Counted from the stretch's first letter, positions 16,877-26,682 are shown. The stretch: 58,117 bases of DNA from a bacterium (GCA_030693325.1 JAUYAV010000005.1:1-58117); one strand, 5' to 3'. Numbers and translations are program-made. The notes: a model not told the origin generated them from the sequence alone.

Positions 16877-18331
16877 ATGACAGTTCTTATTAAAAACGCC
16901 TTGATTTTTGACGGGTCGGGGAAGTTGCCGTTTAAAAGTGATATTTTTATTAATCACGAGCGAATTAATCGCTTGGGAAATTTTCCGCATCAAAGCGCTG
17001 ATAAAGTCATTGATGCCAGGGGAGCGATGACCACGCCCGGTTTTATTGACATTAATGCCGATGCAGACCATTACCTGACTTTATTTTCCGACCCCGGCCA
17101 AAGTGAACTTTTAAAACATGGAATCACCACTATTATTGGCGGCAACGCTGGTTCTTCTTTGGCGCCTTTAATTGACGGTTCTCTAAGGTCAATCAGAAAA
17201 TGGGCCGATTCTTCGCAGGTAAATGTAAATTGGCGTTCGGTTTTTGAATTTTTGAAAATTATGAAGCGGCGGAAATTGGGAGTGAATTTCGGAACTTTAA
17301 TCGGCCATTCCACCATTCGCCGCGCGATTATCGGAGAAGACCTGCGCGATTTGACCGAAAAAGAAATCAAAGTTTTTAAATACGTTTTAGAGGAAGGATT
17401 AAAAGAAGGGGCTTTCGGTTTTTCAACCGGACTGAGTTATGTCCATTCTCATAATGTTTCCAAATGGGAGATAGAAGAGTTGGTAAAAATAACCGCTAAA
17501 TTCAAAGGCGTTTATGCCACTCAGCTTCGCAATTATTCCGAAGGGCTGGCTTGGGCCATCAATGAAACTTTGAATCTCGCGAGAAAAACCGGCGCGAACG
17601 TGGAGATAAGCCGTTTTCAGCCGCTCAAAGAATTTGGAAATGATTATCTTGAAATCGCTTCTTTGATAGAAAAAGAAAAAATGCGGGCTCATATCCATTT
17701 TGACATTTTTCCCGCCGAAGCGAATTTGATGGACATTTATATGTTTTTGCCGGAGTGGGCCAGAAGCGGAGGTCTGGAGGTGATGCTTCAGAATATCAAA
17801 ACCCCCAGTATTAGAGAAAGGATTTTGATTTTTTTTGATCAAATCAAATTTGAAGATTTAATTATTGCCAAAGTCCCGTCTTTCTTGAAATTTATTGAAG
17901 GAAAATCTTTAACCCAATTCAGCGAAGCCCAAAATCTCGCGCCGACTGAGGCCTTATTAAAACTTATGGAATTGACCCAACTGAAGGCCGAGCTTTGGTA
18001 TAAAAATATTGATTTTCAAACTCTCTCTCAGCTTTTGATTTCGGAAAACGCCATTATCGCTTCCGGGGGATCGGTGAAATTTTTGAATTTGGTTCAGGAA
18101 AAAAATCTGATGCCTTTGGAAAAAGCCGTTATCAAGGCCACTTCTTCGCCGGCGCGCAAATTTAATATCAGAGAGCGGGGATTGCTTGCCGAAGGATATT
18201 TTGCCGACATCGTGATTATGCGGGACGGCCAGCCGAGCGATGTTTTGGTCAACGGCTCGGTTGTTTTGGAAAACGGAGAGATTAACGGCAGTCTGGCGCT
18301 GGCAGGAAAGGTTTTAAAACATAGTTTTTAA
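16877..18331 (+). CDS. Amidohydrolase family protein (N-acyl-D-amino-acid deacylase-like)
   Basis: N-terminal VLIKNALIFDGSG...VIDARGAMTTPGFIDIN is the D-aminoacylase-type fold start. The usual H-x-H after GFID is replaced here by NADADH, so metal binding or catalysis may be altered. Confidence 0.65.
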   Translation: MTVLIKNALIFDGSGKLPFKSDIFINHERINRLGNFPHQSADKVIDARGAMTTPGFIDINADADHYLTLFSDPGQSELLKHGITTIIGGNAGSSLAPLIDGSLRSIRKWADSSQVNVNWRSVFEFLKIMKRRKLGVNFGTLIGHSTIRRAIIGEDLRDLTEKEIKVFKYVLEEGLKEGAFGFSTGLSYVHSHNVSKWEIEELVKITAKFKGVYATQLRNYSEGLAWAINETLNLARKTGANVEISRFQPLKEFGNDYLEIASLIEKEKMRAHIHFDIFPAEANLMDIYMFLPEWARSGGLEVMLQNIKTPSIRERILIFFDQIKFEDLIIAKVPSFLKFIEGKSLTQFSEAQNLAPTEALLKLMELTQLKAELWYKNIDFQTLSQLLISENAIIASGGSVKFLNLVQEKNLMPLEKAVIKATSSPARKFNIRERGLLAEGYFADIVIMRDGQPSDVLVNGSVVLENGEINGSLALAGKVLKHSF

Positions 18332-18341
18332 TTTTTTGAAA

Positions 18342-19445
18342 ATGAGAGGCAAGACAAGACCAAAAAAAATTGATTATTTTTTTATTTTGCTGGTTTTTTT
18401 ATTGACGGCTTTCGGCTTGGCGATGCTGGCCAGCGCTTCCTCGGATCTGGGCAATAAAAATTTTCACGACACTTATTCTTACCTGAAGCATCAGGTACTT
18501 TACGGCTTACTTCCCGGTCTTTTGGGATTTTTTATTATGGCTAATGTTTATTACCGGCGTTTGGAAAAAATAAGTTTTATTTTATTAATCGTCAGTCTTG
18601 GGCTTTTGATTTTAGTTTTCACTTCCATGGGGGTTTTGTCCGGCGGCGCCAGACGCTGGCTTGCTTTGGGGAATTTTAGTTTCCAGCCGTCTGAAATCGT
18701 TAAATTCGCTTTTCTTATTTATTTGGCCGCCTGGTTAAGTAAGAATAAAGACCGGACGCAAAAATTTCTCAGCGGTTTTCTGCCTCTTCTTTGTTTATTG
18801 GTTTTTATCTGCGGCATTTTATTGGTTCAGCATTCAACCAGCGCGGCTATGATTATCGGCATTTCCGCGGTCGCGGTTTATTTTATCAGCGGCGCCAGAT
18901 TCAGGTATATTTTAGCCATTATTCTTTTGGGCGTTTCGGTTTTGTTTTTGGTAATTAATTTTACTCCTTATCGTTTTGACCGGATAAAGGCCTTTCTGAA
19001 CCCGCAAGCCGACCCTTTGGGGAAAAGTTATCAGCAGAATCAGACTCTTCTGGCTATCGGCTCGGGTCAGTTATGGGGTCGTGGCTACGGGCAATCAACG
19101 ACAAAAATTCATTATTTGCCGGAGCCGATTAGCGATTCTATTTTCGCCGTCATCGCCGAGGAATTGGGTTTTGTCGGCTCGACCGGTTTGATTGTCGCTT
19201 TTTTCCTTTTGATTTGGCGAAGTTTCGCGATTGCCGGTAAAAATCCGGATAATTTCGCCAAAATTGTGGTGATAGGTTTTGGTTTAATCGTGGGTTTGCA
19301 GGTTTTTATTCATATTGCGGCGCTTACGGGCGTGATCCCTTTAACCGGCGTACCCCTGCCTTTTATAAGTTATGGCGGCACGGCTTTGGCGGTTTCTCTG
19401 ACAATGGCGGGAGTTGTTGCTAATATCTCAAAATATAGTTATTAA
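18342..19445 (+). CDS. ftsW: FtsW/RodA/SpoVE family peptidoglycan polymerase
   Basis: Ten-TM SEDS pattern with FQPSE, HSTSAAM, LPEPISDSIFA and PLPFISYGGT. The first ATG is at 18342; the TTG at 18336 is an alternative start. Confidence 0.9.
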   Translation: MRGKTRPKKIDYFFILLVFLLTAFGLAMLASASSDLGNKNFHDTYSYLKHQVLYGLLPGLLGFFIMANVYYRRLEKISFILLIVSLGLLILVFTSMGVLSGGARRWLALGNFSFQPSEIVKFAFLIYLAAWLSKNKDRTQKFLSGFLPLLCLLVFICGILLVQHSTSAAMIIGISAVAVYFISGARFRYILAIILLGVSVLFLVINFTPYRFDRIKAFLNPQADPLGKSYQQNQTLLAIGSGQLWGRGYGQSTTKIHYLPEPISDSIFAVIAEELGFVGSTGLIVAFFLLIWRSFAIAGKNPDNFAKIVVIGFGLIVGLQVFIHIAALTGVIPLTGVPLPFISYGGTALAVSLTMAGVVANISKYSY

Positions 19446-19498
19446 CTTTTGGAATTTTGTTTAAAGCCGCCGATAGGTTAAACTAATTATAAGAAAAA

Positions 19499-20488
19499 AT
19501 GTTTGACGTAATCACAATCGGAACAGCCACTCGGGACGCCTTTTTTGAAGGAGTAAATTTTTTGAAAATAAAAGATTCCCGTTTTCGGGTAGGCGAGGGG
19601 ATTTCCCTGCCTTTCGGTTCAAAAATAGAAGTTCCTAAAATTACCTTTACCACCGGCGGAGTTGGGACGAATACCGCCGCCACTTTCGTCCGCCAGGAAT
19701 TAAAAACCGCAATCATTTGCCGGGTCGGCTCCGATATTTCCGGCGAAGAAATAATCCGCGCTCTTAAAAAAGAAAAAATAAATACTGAATTTATCCAGAA
19801 AGATAAAACCACTTCAACGGCCTATTCGGTGATTTTCCTGACTGAAAGTGGAGAGCGTACCATTCTTTCCTACAAAGGCGCCGGTGAAGATTTGACCGAA
19901 AAAGAAATTCCCTGGAAAAAATTAAAAACAAAATGGTTTTATATCGGTTCACTCGGCGGGAATGAAAAACTTTTACGAAATCTTTTTTCTTTCGCCCAAA
20001 AAAATAAAATTAAAATTGCCGGAAACCCCGGTGGCAGGGAATTGAAAATCTTAAAAGCCCATCCGGAACTTTTAAATAATTATGATGTTTTTATCATCAA
20101 CCAGGAAGAAGCCTCTTATTTGACTGGGGCTTCTTACCAGCGGGAAAAAGAAGTTTTCAAAAAATTAGACCATTGGGTCAACGGAATCGTTGTGATGACT
20201 AGAGGCCCGAAAGGGTTGATTGTTTCAGACGGAAAAACTCTCTGGCAAGCCGGAATTTTTAAAGAGAAAAAAATAGTTGACCGCACCGGCGCCGGCGATG
20301 CTTTCGGCAGTGGTTTTGTTTCCGGATTAATTCAAAGACAGGATGTTGAATACGCCATTTATTTGGGGAGCGCCAACGCCACCGCGGAAGTTGAAGTCAT
20401 CGGCGCCAAGCGGGGAATTATTAATAGAAAAGATTTCCTAAGGTCGCCCCGTTGGGGAAAATTGGAAATAAAAAGATTTAAGATATAA
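19499..20488 (+). CDS. PfkB-family carbohydrate kinase
   Basis: N-terminal GGVGTN-type motif and the C-terminal PfkB signature DRTGAGDAFGSGF. Confidence 0.85.
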   Translation: MFDVITIGTATRDAFFEGVNFLKIKDSRFRVGEGISLPFGSKIEVPKITFTTGGVGTNTAATFVRQELKTAIICRVGSDISGEEIIRALKKEKINTEFIQKDKTTSTAYSVIFLTESGERTILSYKGAGEDLTEKEIPWKKLKTKWFYIGSLGGNEKLLRNLFSFAQKNKIKIAGNPGGRELKILKAHPELLNNYDVFIINQEEASYLTGASYQREKEVFKKLDHWVNGIVVMTRGPKGLIVSDGKTLWQAGIFKEKKIVDRTGAGDAFGSGFVSGLIQRQDVEYAIYLGSANATAEVEVIGAKRGIINRKDFLRSPRWGKLEIKRFKI

Positions 20489-20497
20489 AATAAATAT

Positions 20498-21745
20498 ATG
20501 GATAAAGTTTCTTATCAGGAAAAAATCGCCAGAATTTTAAGAATAGAAAAACAGGCCGTAATTGATTTGGAAAAAGATTTGAACCGAATTACCGGCAAGT
20601 CCAATTTTCTTTATTCTTTGGTTGAAGAAAACGATAAAATGATTGACGATTCATTGGATAATCTGGGACTGGGCCGGAACTCCATGGCCTTGGACGTTTA
20701 TGACGCTTTAATTTCAAAAATAGAAAGTGATGATTTAAGAATTTTCCAGATGTTGAAGAATCCCGAGTTAACCAACCCCAAAGATTGCCAGCGGGTTGTT
20801 GATTTGGCGAAAGATATTTGCCCGAAACGTAAAGGATTTTTTCTTAAAAAAGAAATCGCCGAAGGATTTTTGAAAGCTGAACCCCCGCAAAAAATTATGA
20901 AAGCATTGGGCTATTCTTCAATAGAATCAATGCTGGCCAAAGAAGATTTATTGGAGGTTTACAGCGGTTTGCGGTTTTTGGAAGATTCGGAATGGCTCAA
21001 TAATCGTTTCTTTAAGCAGTATCAAAATTTAAAAGCCGCTGATTTTGAAGAGCGGGAAATAGAAGTTAGAGTCCTCGGTTCGCAGTGGAAAGAGGCGGCC
21101 GAGAAATTCGTCCAGAAAAAATATCACAATATAAGCCATCTTAAGGAACTGGGAGTAATTTTTGTCATACCCATCACTTTGAAAGTTTCAGGCGAAATTC
21201 TGCGCACTTTATCTCTTATCGCGCATTATTTTAATGAAGTTTATTTTTATTCCGACCTTATCAAAAATTTTTCTCAAAATAATCCCAAAGAATTTCCCAA
21301 AAATTTTATTTCACTTCTGCGGGGAGATGTTTTGGATAATTTACCGGCTCCTTCTTCCGACGAACACCGTTCTTTTTCGATTGTTCAGCGCTATTTGGCT
21401 AAAGATGACGAAAATGACCATCGCTTATTTCTTCCCCATGTTAACCCGGAAGCGCTTCATTGGGACAAAGCCGAAGAGGCCTTGGCTAAAATTGAAGGTC
21501 TGGATTTTTGGAAAGACCTGGATTGGATCGGCGATTTTTTCAAAATAGAAACCGGCGGAGAAATTCTTGTTAGTTTTAATTTAGTAGATACCGTGATGAG
21601 CTTGGTCAAAGAAAAGGAAATGATTAAATACTTGTATCACCATCAGGAAGCGCTTTGGAACAAAATTTTCATCAGTTATTTCGGTCGGGAAAAATTTGAG
21701 GAATTAATCAAAGAAAATTTCATCAAGGGTTGGTTTGAGGTTTAA
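20498..21745 (+). CDS. Hypothetical protein (415 aa)
   Basis: Long ORF tightly packed between the PfkB kinase and the class II aldolase. I recognised no motif. Confidence 0.6.
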   Translation: MDKVSYQEKIARILRIEKQAVIDLEKDLNRITGKSNFLYSLVEENDKMIDDSLDNLGLGRNSMALDVYDALISKIESDDLRIFQMLKNPELTNPKDCQRVVDLAKDICPKRKGFFLKKEIAEGFLKAEPPQKIMKALGYSSIESMLAKEDLLEVYSGLRFLEDSEWLNNRFFKQYQNLKAADFEEREIEVRVLGSQWKEAAEKFVQKKYHNISHLKELGVIFVIPITLKVSGEILRTLSLIAHYFNEVYFYSDLIKNFSQNNPKEFPKNFISLLRGDVLDNLPAPSSDEHRSFSIVQRYLAKDDENDHRLFLPHVNPEALHWDKAEEALAKIEGLDFWKDLDWIGDFFKIETGGEILVSFNLVDTVMSLVKEKEMIKYLYHHQEALWNKIFISYFGREKFEELIKENFIKGWFEV

Positions 21746-21758
21746 TAATCATAAATGA

Positions 21759-22646
21759 ATGTTTAATCTTAAAGAAATAATTCAAGAAGCTGAGAAAAAT
21801 AGGGTAGCTGTCGGTCATTTTAATATTTCAAGCTTGGAGCAGTTAAAAGCGATTTTTGAAGCCGGCCAGGAATTATCCCAAACGCAAAATAGAAAAATTC
21901 CGTTAATTATCGGCACTTCCGAGGGCGAGGGGGATTATGTCGGTTTTAAGCAGGCCGCGGTTTTGGTTAAAAGTTTAAGGGAGGAATTTGATTATCCGAT
22001 TTTCATCAACGGCGACCATATTCATTCCCTGGAAAAAGCCAAAGAAGTGGTTGAGGCGGGCTATGACGCCGTTATTTTTGACGCTTCCGCATCATCTTTT
22101 GAAGAAAATGTCGCGAAAACCAAGGAAGCCGTAATCTTTCTCAAGTCAATCAATCCGGAAATTTTAATTGAAGGAGAAATCGGGTTTATCGGCTCTTCTT
22201 CTAAGATTTTGAAAGAAATTCCCAAAGGAGCGGCTATTAAGCCAGAAGATTTAACCAAGCCCGAAGAAGCTAAAAGATTTGTTGAAGAAACAAAAGTTGA
22301 TTTATTGTCAGCGGCTGTCGGCAATATTCATGGAATGTTTAAAAACGCGCCTAACCCGAATTTAGATATTAAAAGAGTCAAGGATATCAGAGAAGTCAGC
22401 TGTGCTCCTTTGGTTTTACACGGCGGTTCCGGAATCAGCAATGAAGATTTTTTGGCGTCTATTGACGCCGGCATTTCCATTGTTCATATCAATACCGAAA
22501 TCCGTTTGGCCTGGCGGGAAGCCCTGGAAAAAAGCTTAAAAGACAATCCCGAAGAAATTGCGCCTTATAAAATAATGGCCAGCGTTATTGAAGAAATGAA
22601 AAAAGTAGTTGTGAAGAATTTAAAGATACTCAATAAATATTTATAG
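21759..22646 (+). CDS. fba: Class II fructose/tagatose-bisphosphate aldolase
   Basis: VAVGHFNISSLEQLKAI, GDHIHS, EGEIGFIGS and LVLHGGSG are class II aldolase motifs. Confidence 0.88.
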   Translation: MFNLKEIIQEAEKNRVAVGHFNISSLEQLKAIFEAGQELSQTQNRKIPLIIGTSEGEGDYVGFKQAAVLVKSLREEFDYPIFINGDHIHSLEKAKEVVEAGYDAVIFDASASSFEENVAKTKEAVIFLKSINPEILIEGEIGFIGSSSKILKEIPKGAAIKPEDLTKPEEAKRFVEETKVDLLSAAVGNIHGMFKNAPNPNLDIKRVKDIREVSCAPLVLHGGSGISNEDFLASIDAGISIVHINTEIRLAWREALEKSLKDNPEEIAPYKIMASVIEEMKKVVVKNLKILNKYL

Positions 22647-22676
22647 TCTTGAGATAAATTTTTAATTTGGAAATAA

Positions 22677-22718
22677 TTTACTATTGTAATTCCACGATCG
22701 TGGAATTACAATAGTAAA
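22677..22718. repeat. 42-nt perfect palindrome, copy 1 of a three-member family
   Basis: TTTACTATTGTAATTCCACGA|TCGTGGAATTACAATAGTAAA lies just downstream of the fba stop. Near-identical copies are at 46972..47009 and 47956..47993. Confidence 0.95.
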
Positions 22719-22725
22719 TAAAAAA

Positions 22726-23472
22726 ATGGATAAAATAATTTTAGAAATACGAGCCGGAGCCGGCGGCGATGAGGCCGCTATTTTCGCCGCGGATTTAAGC
22801 CGGGCTTATCAGAAATTTTCAGCGAAAAAGGGCTGGCATTTTTTTATTCTTGATTCCCATCAAAGCTCATTAAACGGATATAAATCTTTGGTGGCGGAAA
22901 TCAGCGGCGAAGGAGTTTATGAGGCCTTGAAATTTGAATCTGGCGTTCACCGGGTTCAGCGGATTCCGGCAACGGAAAAAGCCGGCCGAGTCCACACCTC
23001 AACGATTTCAGTGGCGGTTTTGCCGGAAGTGGAGCCGACACAGATTCAGATAAATCCCTCGGAGTTAGAAATTTCTTTTTTCCGTTCGTCCGGCCCCGGC
23101 GGACAAAACGTCAATAAAGTGGAAACAGCGGTCAGGATTTTGCATAAACCGAGCGGAGTGGTTGTCGCTTCTCAGGTTGATCGTTCGCAATCCGCGAACA
23201 AAGACCGCGCCATGAGTGTTCTTAGGGCCAAGCTTTTTGAATTCAAACAGGAAGAAGAGCATAGAAAACTTGGAGCGATACGCAAAGAACAAATCGGCTC
23301 GGGCGACCGGTCGGAAAAAATCAGGACTTATAATTTTCCGCAGGACAGGATCACCGACCATCGCATCGGCAAAAAATGGCACAATATAGAAAGCATTATG
23401 GAAGGAAATTTTGAACCGATAGTAAAAAGTTTTCAAAAAAATAACGATATGGAAGAAAAAGATAATAGCTAA
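22726..23472 (+). CDS. prfA: Peptide chain release factor 1-like, lacking N-terminal domain 1
   Basis: GGQ motif (SGPGGQNVNKVETAVR) and RF1-type PxT motif (RIPATEKAGRVHTS). At 248 aa the protein begins at the EIRAGAGGDEA segment that follows domain 1 in full-length RF1. Confidence 0.8.
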   Translation: MDKIILEIRAGAGGDEAAIFAADLSRAYQKFSAKKGWHFFILDSHQSSLNGYKSLVAEISGEGVYEALKFESGVHRVQRIPATEKAGRVHTSTISVAVLPEVEPTQIQINPSELEISFFRSSGPGGQNVNKVETAVRILHKPSGVVVASQVDRSQSANKDRAMSVLRAKLFEFKQEEEHRKLGAIRKEQIGSGDRSEKIRTYNFPQDRITDHRIGKKWHNIESIMEGNFEPIVKSFQKNNDMEEKDNS

Positions 23473-23537
23473 AAAATAATTCCGGATATTCGCAGACGGT
23501 TCATATTTTGTAGCCGGATATCAAGTTTGGAAATAAT

Positions 23538-24521
23538 ATGAAATACATAGACCGAGTTTATGGGGAATTTGAAATTAGCGAACCGGTTATTTTGGAACTA
23601 ATAAATTCCTCGCCAATTCAACGATTAAAAGAAATAGATCAGGTAGGATATCCTGAGCCTTATTTTCCAGGAGTAGCGCATTCGCGTTTCGAGCATTCAG
23701 TAGGAGTTTATTTACTTCTTAAAAAATATAATACGTCAATCAAAGAACAGATTGCTGGTTTAATCCATGATGTTTCTCATTCTGCTTTTTCTCATTGTAT
23801 TGATTATGTGTTAGATAGCGGTTCAGAAAAAAAACACAACCATCAAGATAATATTTTTAATAGTTATGTAAGAAAAACAGAAATTCCAAAAATAATAAAA
23901 AATCATAACTTTGATTTAGAATATATTTTGGATGATAAAAATTTCCCCCTAAAAGAGAAGGATTTGCCTGATTTATGTGCCGACAGAATTGATTACTCTT
24001 TGAAAGCTGCTGTTATTTTCGGCGAGTTAAATGAGCAAGTCAAAAATTATTTTCTGGAAAATTTATCAACAGAAAATAATAATTGGGTATTTAAAAATTT
24101 TGAAAGCGCGAAAAAATACGCCGAATTATTTTTTAAGTTGAATAGAGAATATTACTCCGGTTTTCCTTCAGCTTTAATGTTTAGAACGGTTGGGGATTGT
24201 TTAAAATATGCTTTACAAAAAGAATATATCTCTGAAAATGATCTTTATGCAACCGATAAGATAGTTTTGGAAAAAATAAAAAAATTTTTAGATAAAGACG
24301 AAAAATTGAGATTATTTTGGGAACGAATGAATAATAAAGTGAAAGCAATCAATAACCCTGATAATTTTGATGCTCAGGTATTTTGTAAATCAAGGGTTGT
24401 TGACCCTCTGTTTAAAGAAAATGGAATTTTAAAGCGAATATCGGAAGTTGACCCAAACTGGGGTGTTATAATAGAGCAAGAATTGAAGCCAAAGCAGTAT
24501 TTTCTGAAGTTTGAAAAATAA
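23538..24521 (+). CDS. HD-domain metal-dependent phosphohydrolase
   Basis: HSRFEHSVGV and LIHDVSHSAFSH form an HD motif pair. Confidence 0.8.
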   Translation: MKYIDRVYGEFEISEPVILELINSSPIQRLKEIDQVGYPEPYFPGVAHSRFEHSVGVYLLLKKYNTSIKEQIAGLIHDVSHSAFSHCIDYVLDSGSEKKHNHQDNIFNSYVRKTEIPKIIKNHNFDLEYILDDKNFPLKEKDLPDLCADRIDYSLKAAVIFGELNEQVKNYFLENLSTENNNWVFKNFESAKKYAELFFKLNREYYSGFPSALMFRTVGDCLKYALQKEYISENDLYATDKIVLEKIKKFLDKDEKLRLFWERMNNKVKAINNPDNFDAQVFCKSRVVDPLFKENGILKRISEVDPNWGVIIEQELKPKQYFLKFEK

Positions 24522-24526
24522 TATTT

Positions 24527-26659
24527 ATGTCCATTTTTTTAAAACGTCTTGAATTAAGCGGTTTTAAGTCCTTTGCCTCAAAGACGGTTTTGGAATTTCC
24601 GGCCGGCGTGGTCGGCATTGTCGGACCCAACGGCAGCGGCAAATCCAATATAGTTGATGCTCTTCGCTGGATGCTGGGAGAAAGAGAAGCCAAACAGCTC
24701 CGCGGCGAAAAAATTGAAAATCTTATTTTCAGCGGAACGCCTAAAAAAGCGGCCCTGGGGTTAGCCCAGGCCACTCTTTGTTTTGACAACAGCTCTCACT
24801 GGCTGCCGATTGATTTTGAAGAAGTGGTTTTGACCCGCAAGGTTGACCGCTCCGGAGTTTCCGAATTCTTCTTGAACCAGGAATCCGTTCGTTTGAAAGA
24901 CATTATTGAATTATTGGCGAAATCCAGATTGGGCACGAAGGGATTCACTATTGTCAACCAGGGGCAGAGCGATATTTTCGTGAAAAGTTCGCCCTTAGAA
25001 CGCCAGCAGATGATTGAAGAAATTATCGGGCTGAGAGAATTCCAAATTAAAAAAACTCAATCCGAAAATCAGTTGGATAATACGGTTATTAATTTGGAAA
25101 AAATCAAAGCGATGATTGAAGAAATTCAGCCGCATTTAAGAATGCTCCAGCGCCAGACCGGCAAATGGGAAAAGCGGAGCGCGTTTGAAGAAGAGCTGAA
25201 GAGCTTGGAAAATAATTATTTCTCTTTTAAACTAGCGGAAATAAAAAATACTTTGGCTGTCCTTGATAATCCCTTGGCGGTTTTGGAAAAAGAAATCAGG
25301 CAAAAGCAGAAAGAATTGGAAAATTTCCAGGGAGAACTGGCGAAAATTGACGAGCTGAGGTCGCGGTCGGCTGATTTGTTGGCCAAGCGTTCCGAGTGTC
25401 AGAGGGAACTAGGCCGTCTTGAAGCCAAGCTGGAAATATTGGCTTCGGCCGCTCCGGAAGAAATTGAGTATCACGCGAAAGATTTACTCGGGCTTATCAA
25501 AGAAATCAAAAATTTGTTGGAATCAAGTTTGCCGCTGGAACAGTTGGGAAAATTAAAAATAAATTTGGAGCAGGGGATTGAAAAAATCAACAAATTTTTT
25601 TCAGTTCCGGATAAATCCCTGGAGAATAAAGAAGAATTCTCAAAAATAAAAGAAGGGAAAGAAAAAATTATTAAAAATCTTGAATCCTTAAATGCCGAAT
25701 TATCGCAGTTAACGCAGAATGAAAAACGTTTGATTGAAAGTTTCAGGACCGTTGAAGAAAAAAGAGAGGAAATCAACCGGCTGGAAAATGAAAGAAATAA
25801 AATTTTCTTTGAAAAAGAAAAAGCGAATCTGAAATTTCAGGATTTGGAAATTCAGTTGAATCAAATCGGCCGGTCGGTGAAAGAATTTGGCAATTCTTCC
25901 GGCACCCAGCCGATAAATATTCCGGATTTGTCCGAAATAGAAAGGAAAATGTTCAGACTGCGAACCAATCTGGCGAGCATCGGCGATATTGACCCGGCAG
26001 TGGTCAAAGAAGCCGAGGAAACCGAACAGCGCTATCAGTTTTTATCGCACCAGTCTGTTGATTTGGAAAAGGCCTCAATTGATCTCAGAACTTTAGTCAA
26101 AGATTTGGATACGAAAATCAGAATTGATTTTCAGGAAGCGCTTAAATTAATCAATAAAGAATTTGAAAATTATTTCCGGCTGATGTTCGGGGGAGGAAAG
26201 GCGAAATTAAAAATAAAAACACAGGAAGTTAAATCAGAAATTGAGTCGGAGTATGAATTAAATGGAGAAGAAAACGAAAATTCCGCCGAGCCTAAATCGG
26301 CGCCGGTGATTGAAGAAGCGGGGATAGAAATTGAGTTAAATTTGCCGAGAAGAAGAATTACTAGTTTGGAAATGCTTTCCGGCGGCGAACGGAGCTTGGT
26401 TTCCATGGCCGCCCTTTTCGCCTTAATTTCGGTTAATCCGCCTCCGTTTTTGGTGCTTGACGAAATTGATTCGGCTTTGGACGACCGTAACGCCCAGCGA
26501 TTCGCGGAATTGATTAAAAAGTTTTCCGAGAAAACTCAGTTTATTATCATTACTCATAATCGTTCAACAATGAGCGTGGCCGATGTTTTATACGGTATAA
26601 CTATGGGAGAAGATGGCGTTTCTAAAATTCTATCATTAAAACTTGACAGCAAAAGTTAA
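24527..26659 (+). CDS. smc: SMC-family chromosome segregation ATPase, unusually short (710 aa)
   Basis: N-terminal head FLKRLELSGFKSF...GPNGSGKSNIVDALRWMLGE. C-terminal head LSGGERSL and FLVLDEIDSALD. Heptad-rich middle. Confidence 0.85.
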   Translation: MSIFLKRLELSGFKSFASKTVLEFPAGVVGIVGPNGSGKSNIVDALRWMLGEREAKQLRGEKIENLIFSGTPKKAALGLAQATLCFDNSSHWLPIDFEEVVLTRKVDRSGVSEFFLNQESVRLKDIIELLAKSRLGTKGFTIVNQGQSDIFVKSSPLERQQMIEEIIGLREFQIKKTQSENQLDNTVINLEKIKAMIEEIQPHLRMLQRQTGKWEKRSAFEEELKSLENNYFSFKLAEIKNTLAVLDNPLAVLEKEIRQKQKELENFQGELAKIDELRSRSADLLAKRSECQRELGRLEAKLEILASAAPEEIEYHAKDLLGLIKEIKNLLESSLPLEQLGKLKINLEQGIEKINKFFSVPDKSLENKEEFSKIKEGKEKIIKNLESLNAELSQLTQNEKRLIESFRTVEEKREEINRLENERNKIFFEKEKANLKFQDLEIQLNQIGRSVKEFGNSSGTQPINIPDLSEIERKMFRLRTNLASIGDIDPAVVKEAEETEQRYQFLSHQSVDLEKASIDLRTLVKDLDTKIRIDFQEALKLINKEFENYFRLMFGGGKAKLKIKTQEVKSEIESEYELNGEENENSAEPKSAPVIEEAGIEIELNLPRRRITSLEMLSGGERSLVSMAALFALISVNPPPFLVLDEIDSALDDRNAQRFAELIKKFSEKTQFIIITHNRSTMSVADVLYGITMGEDGVSKILSLKLDSKS

Positions 26660-26682
26660 AAACTATAAGCTAAAAGCTAATT

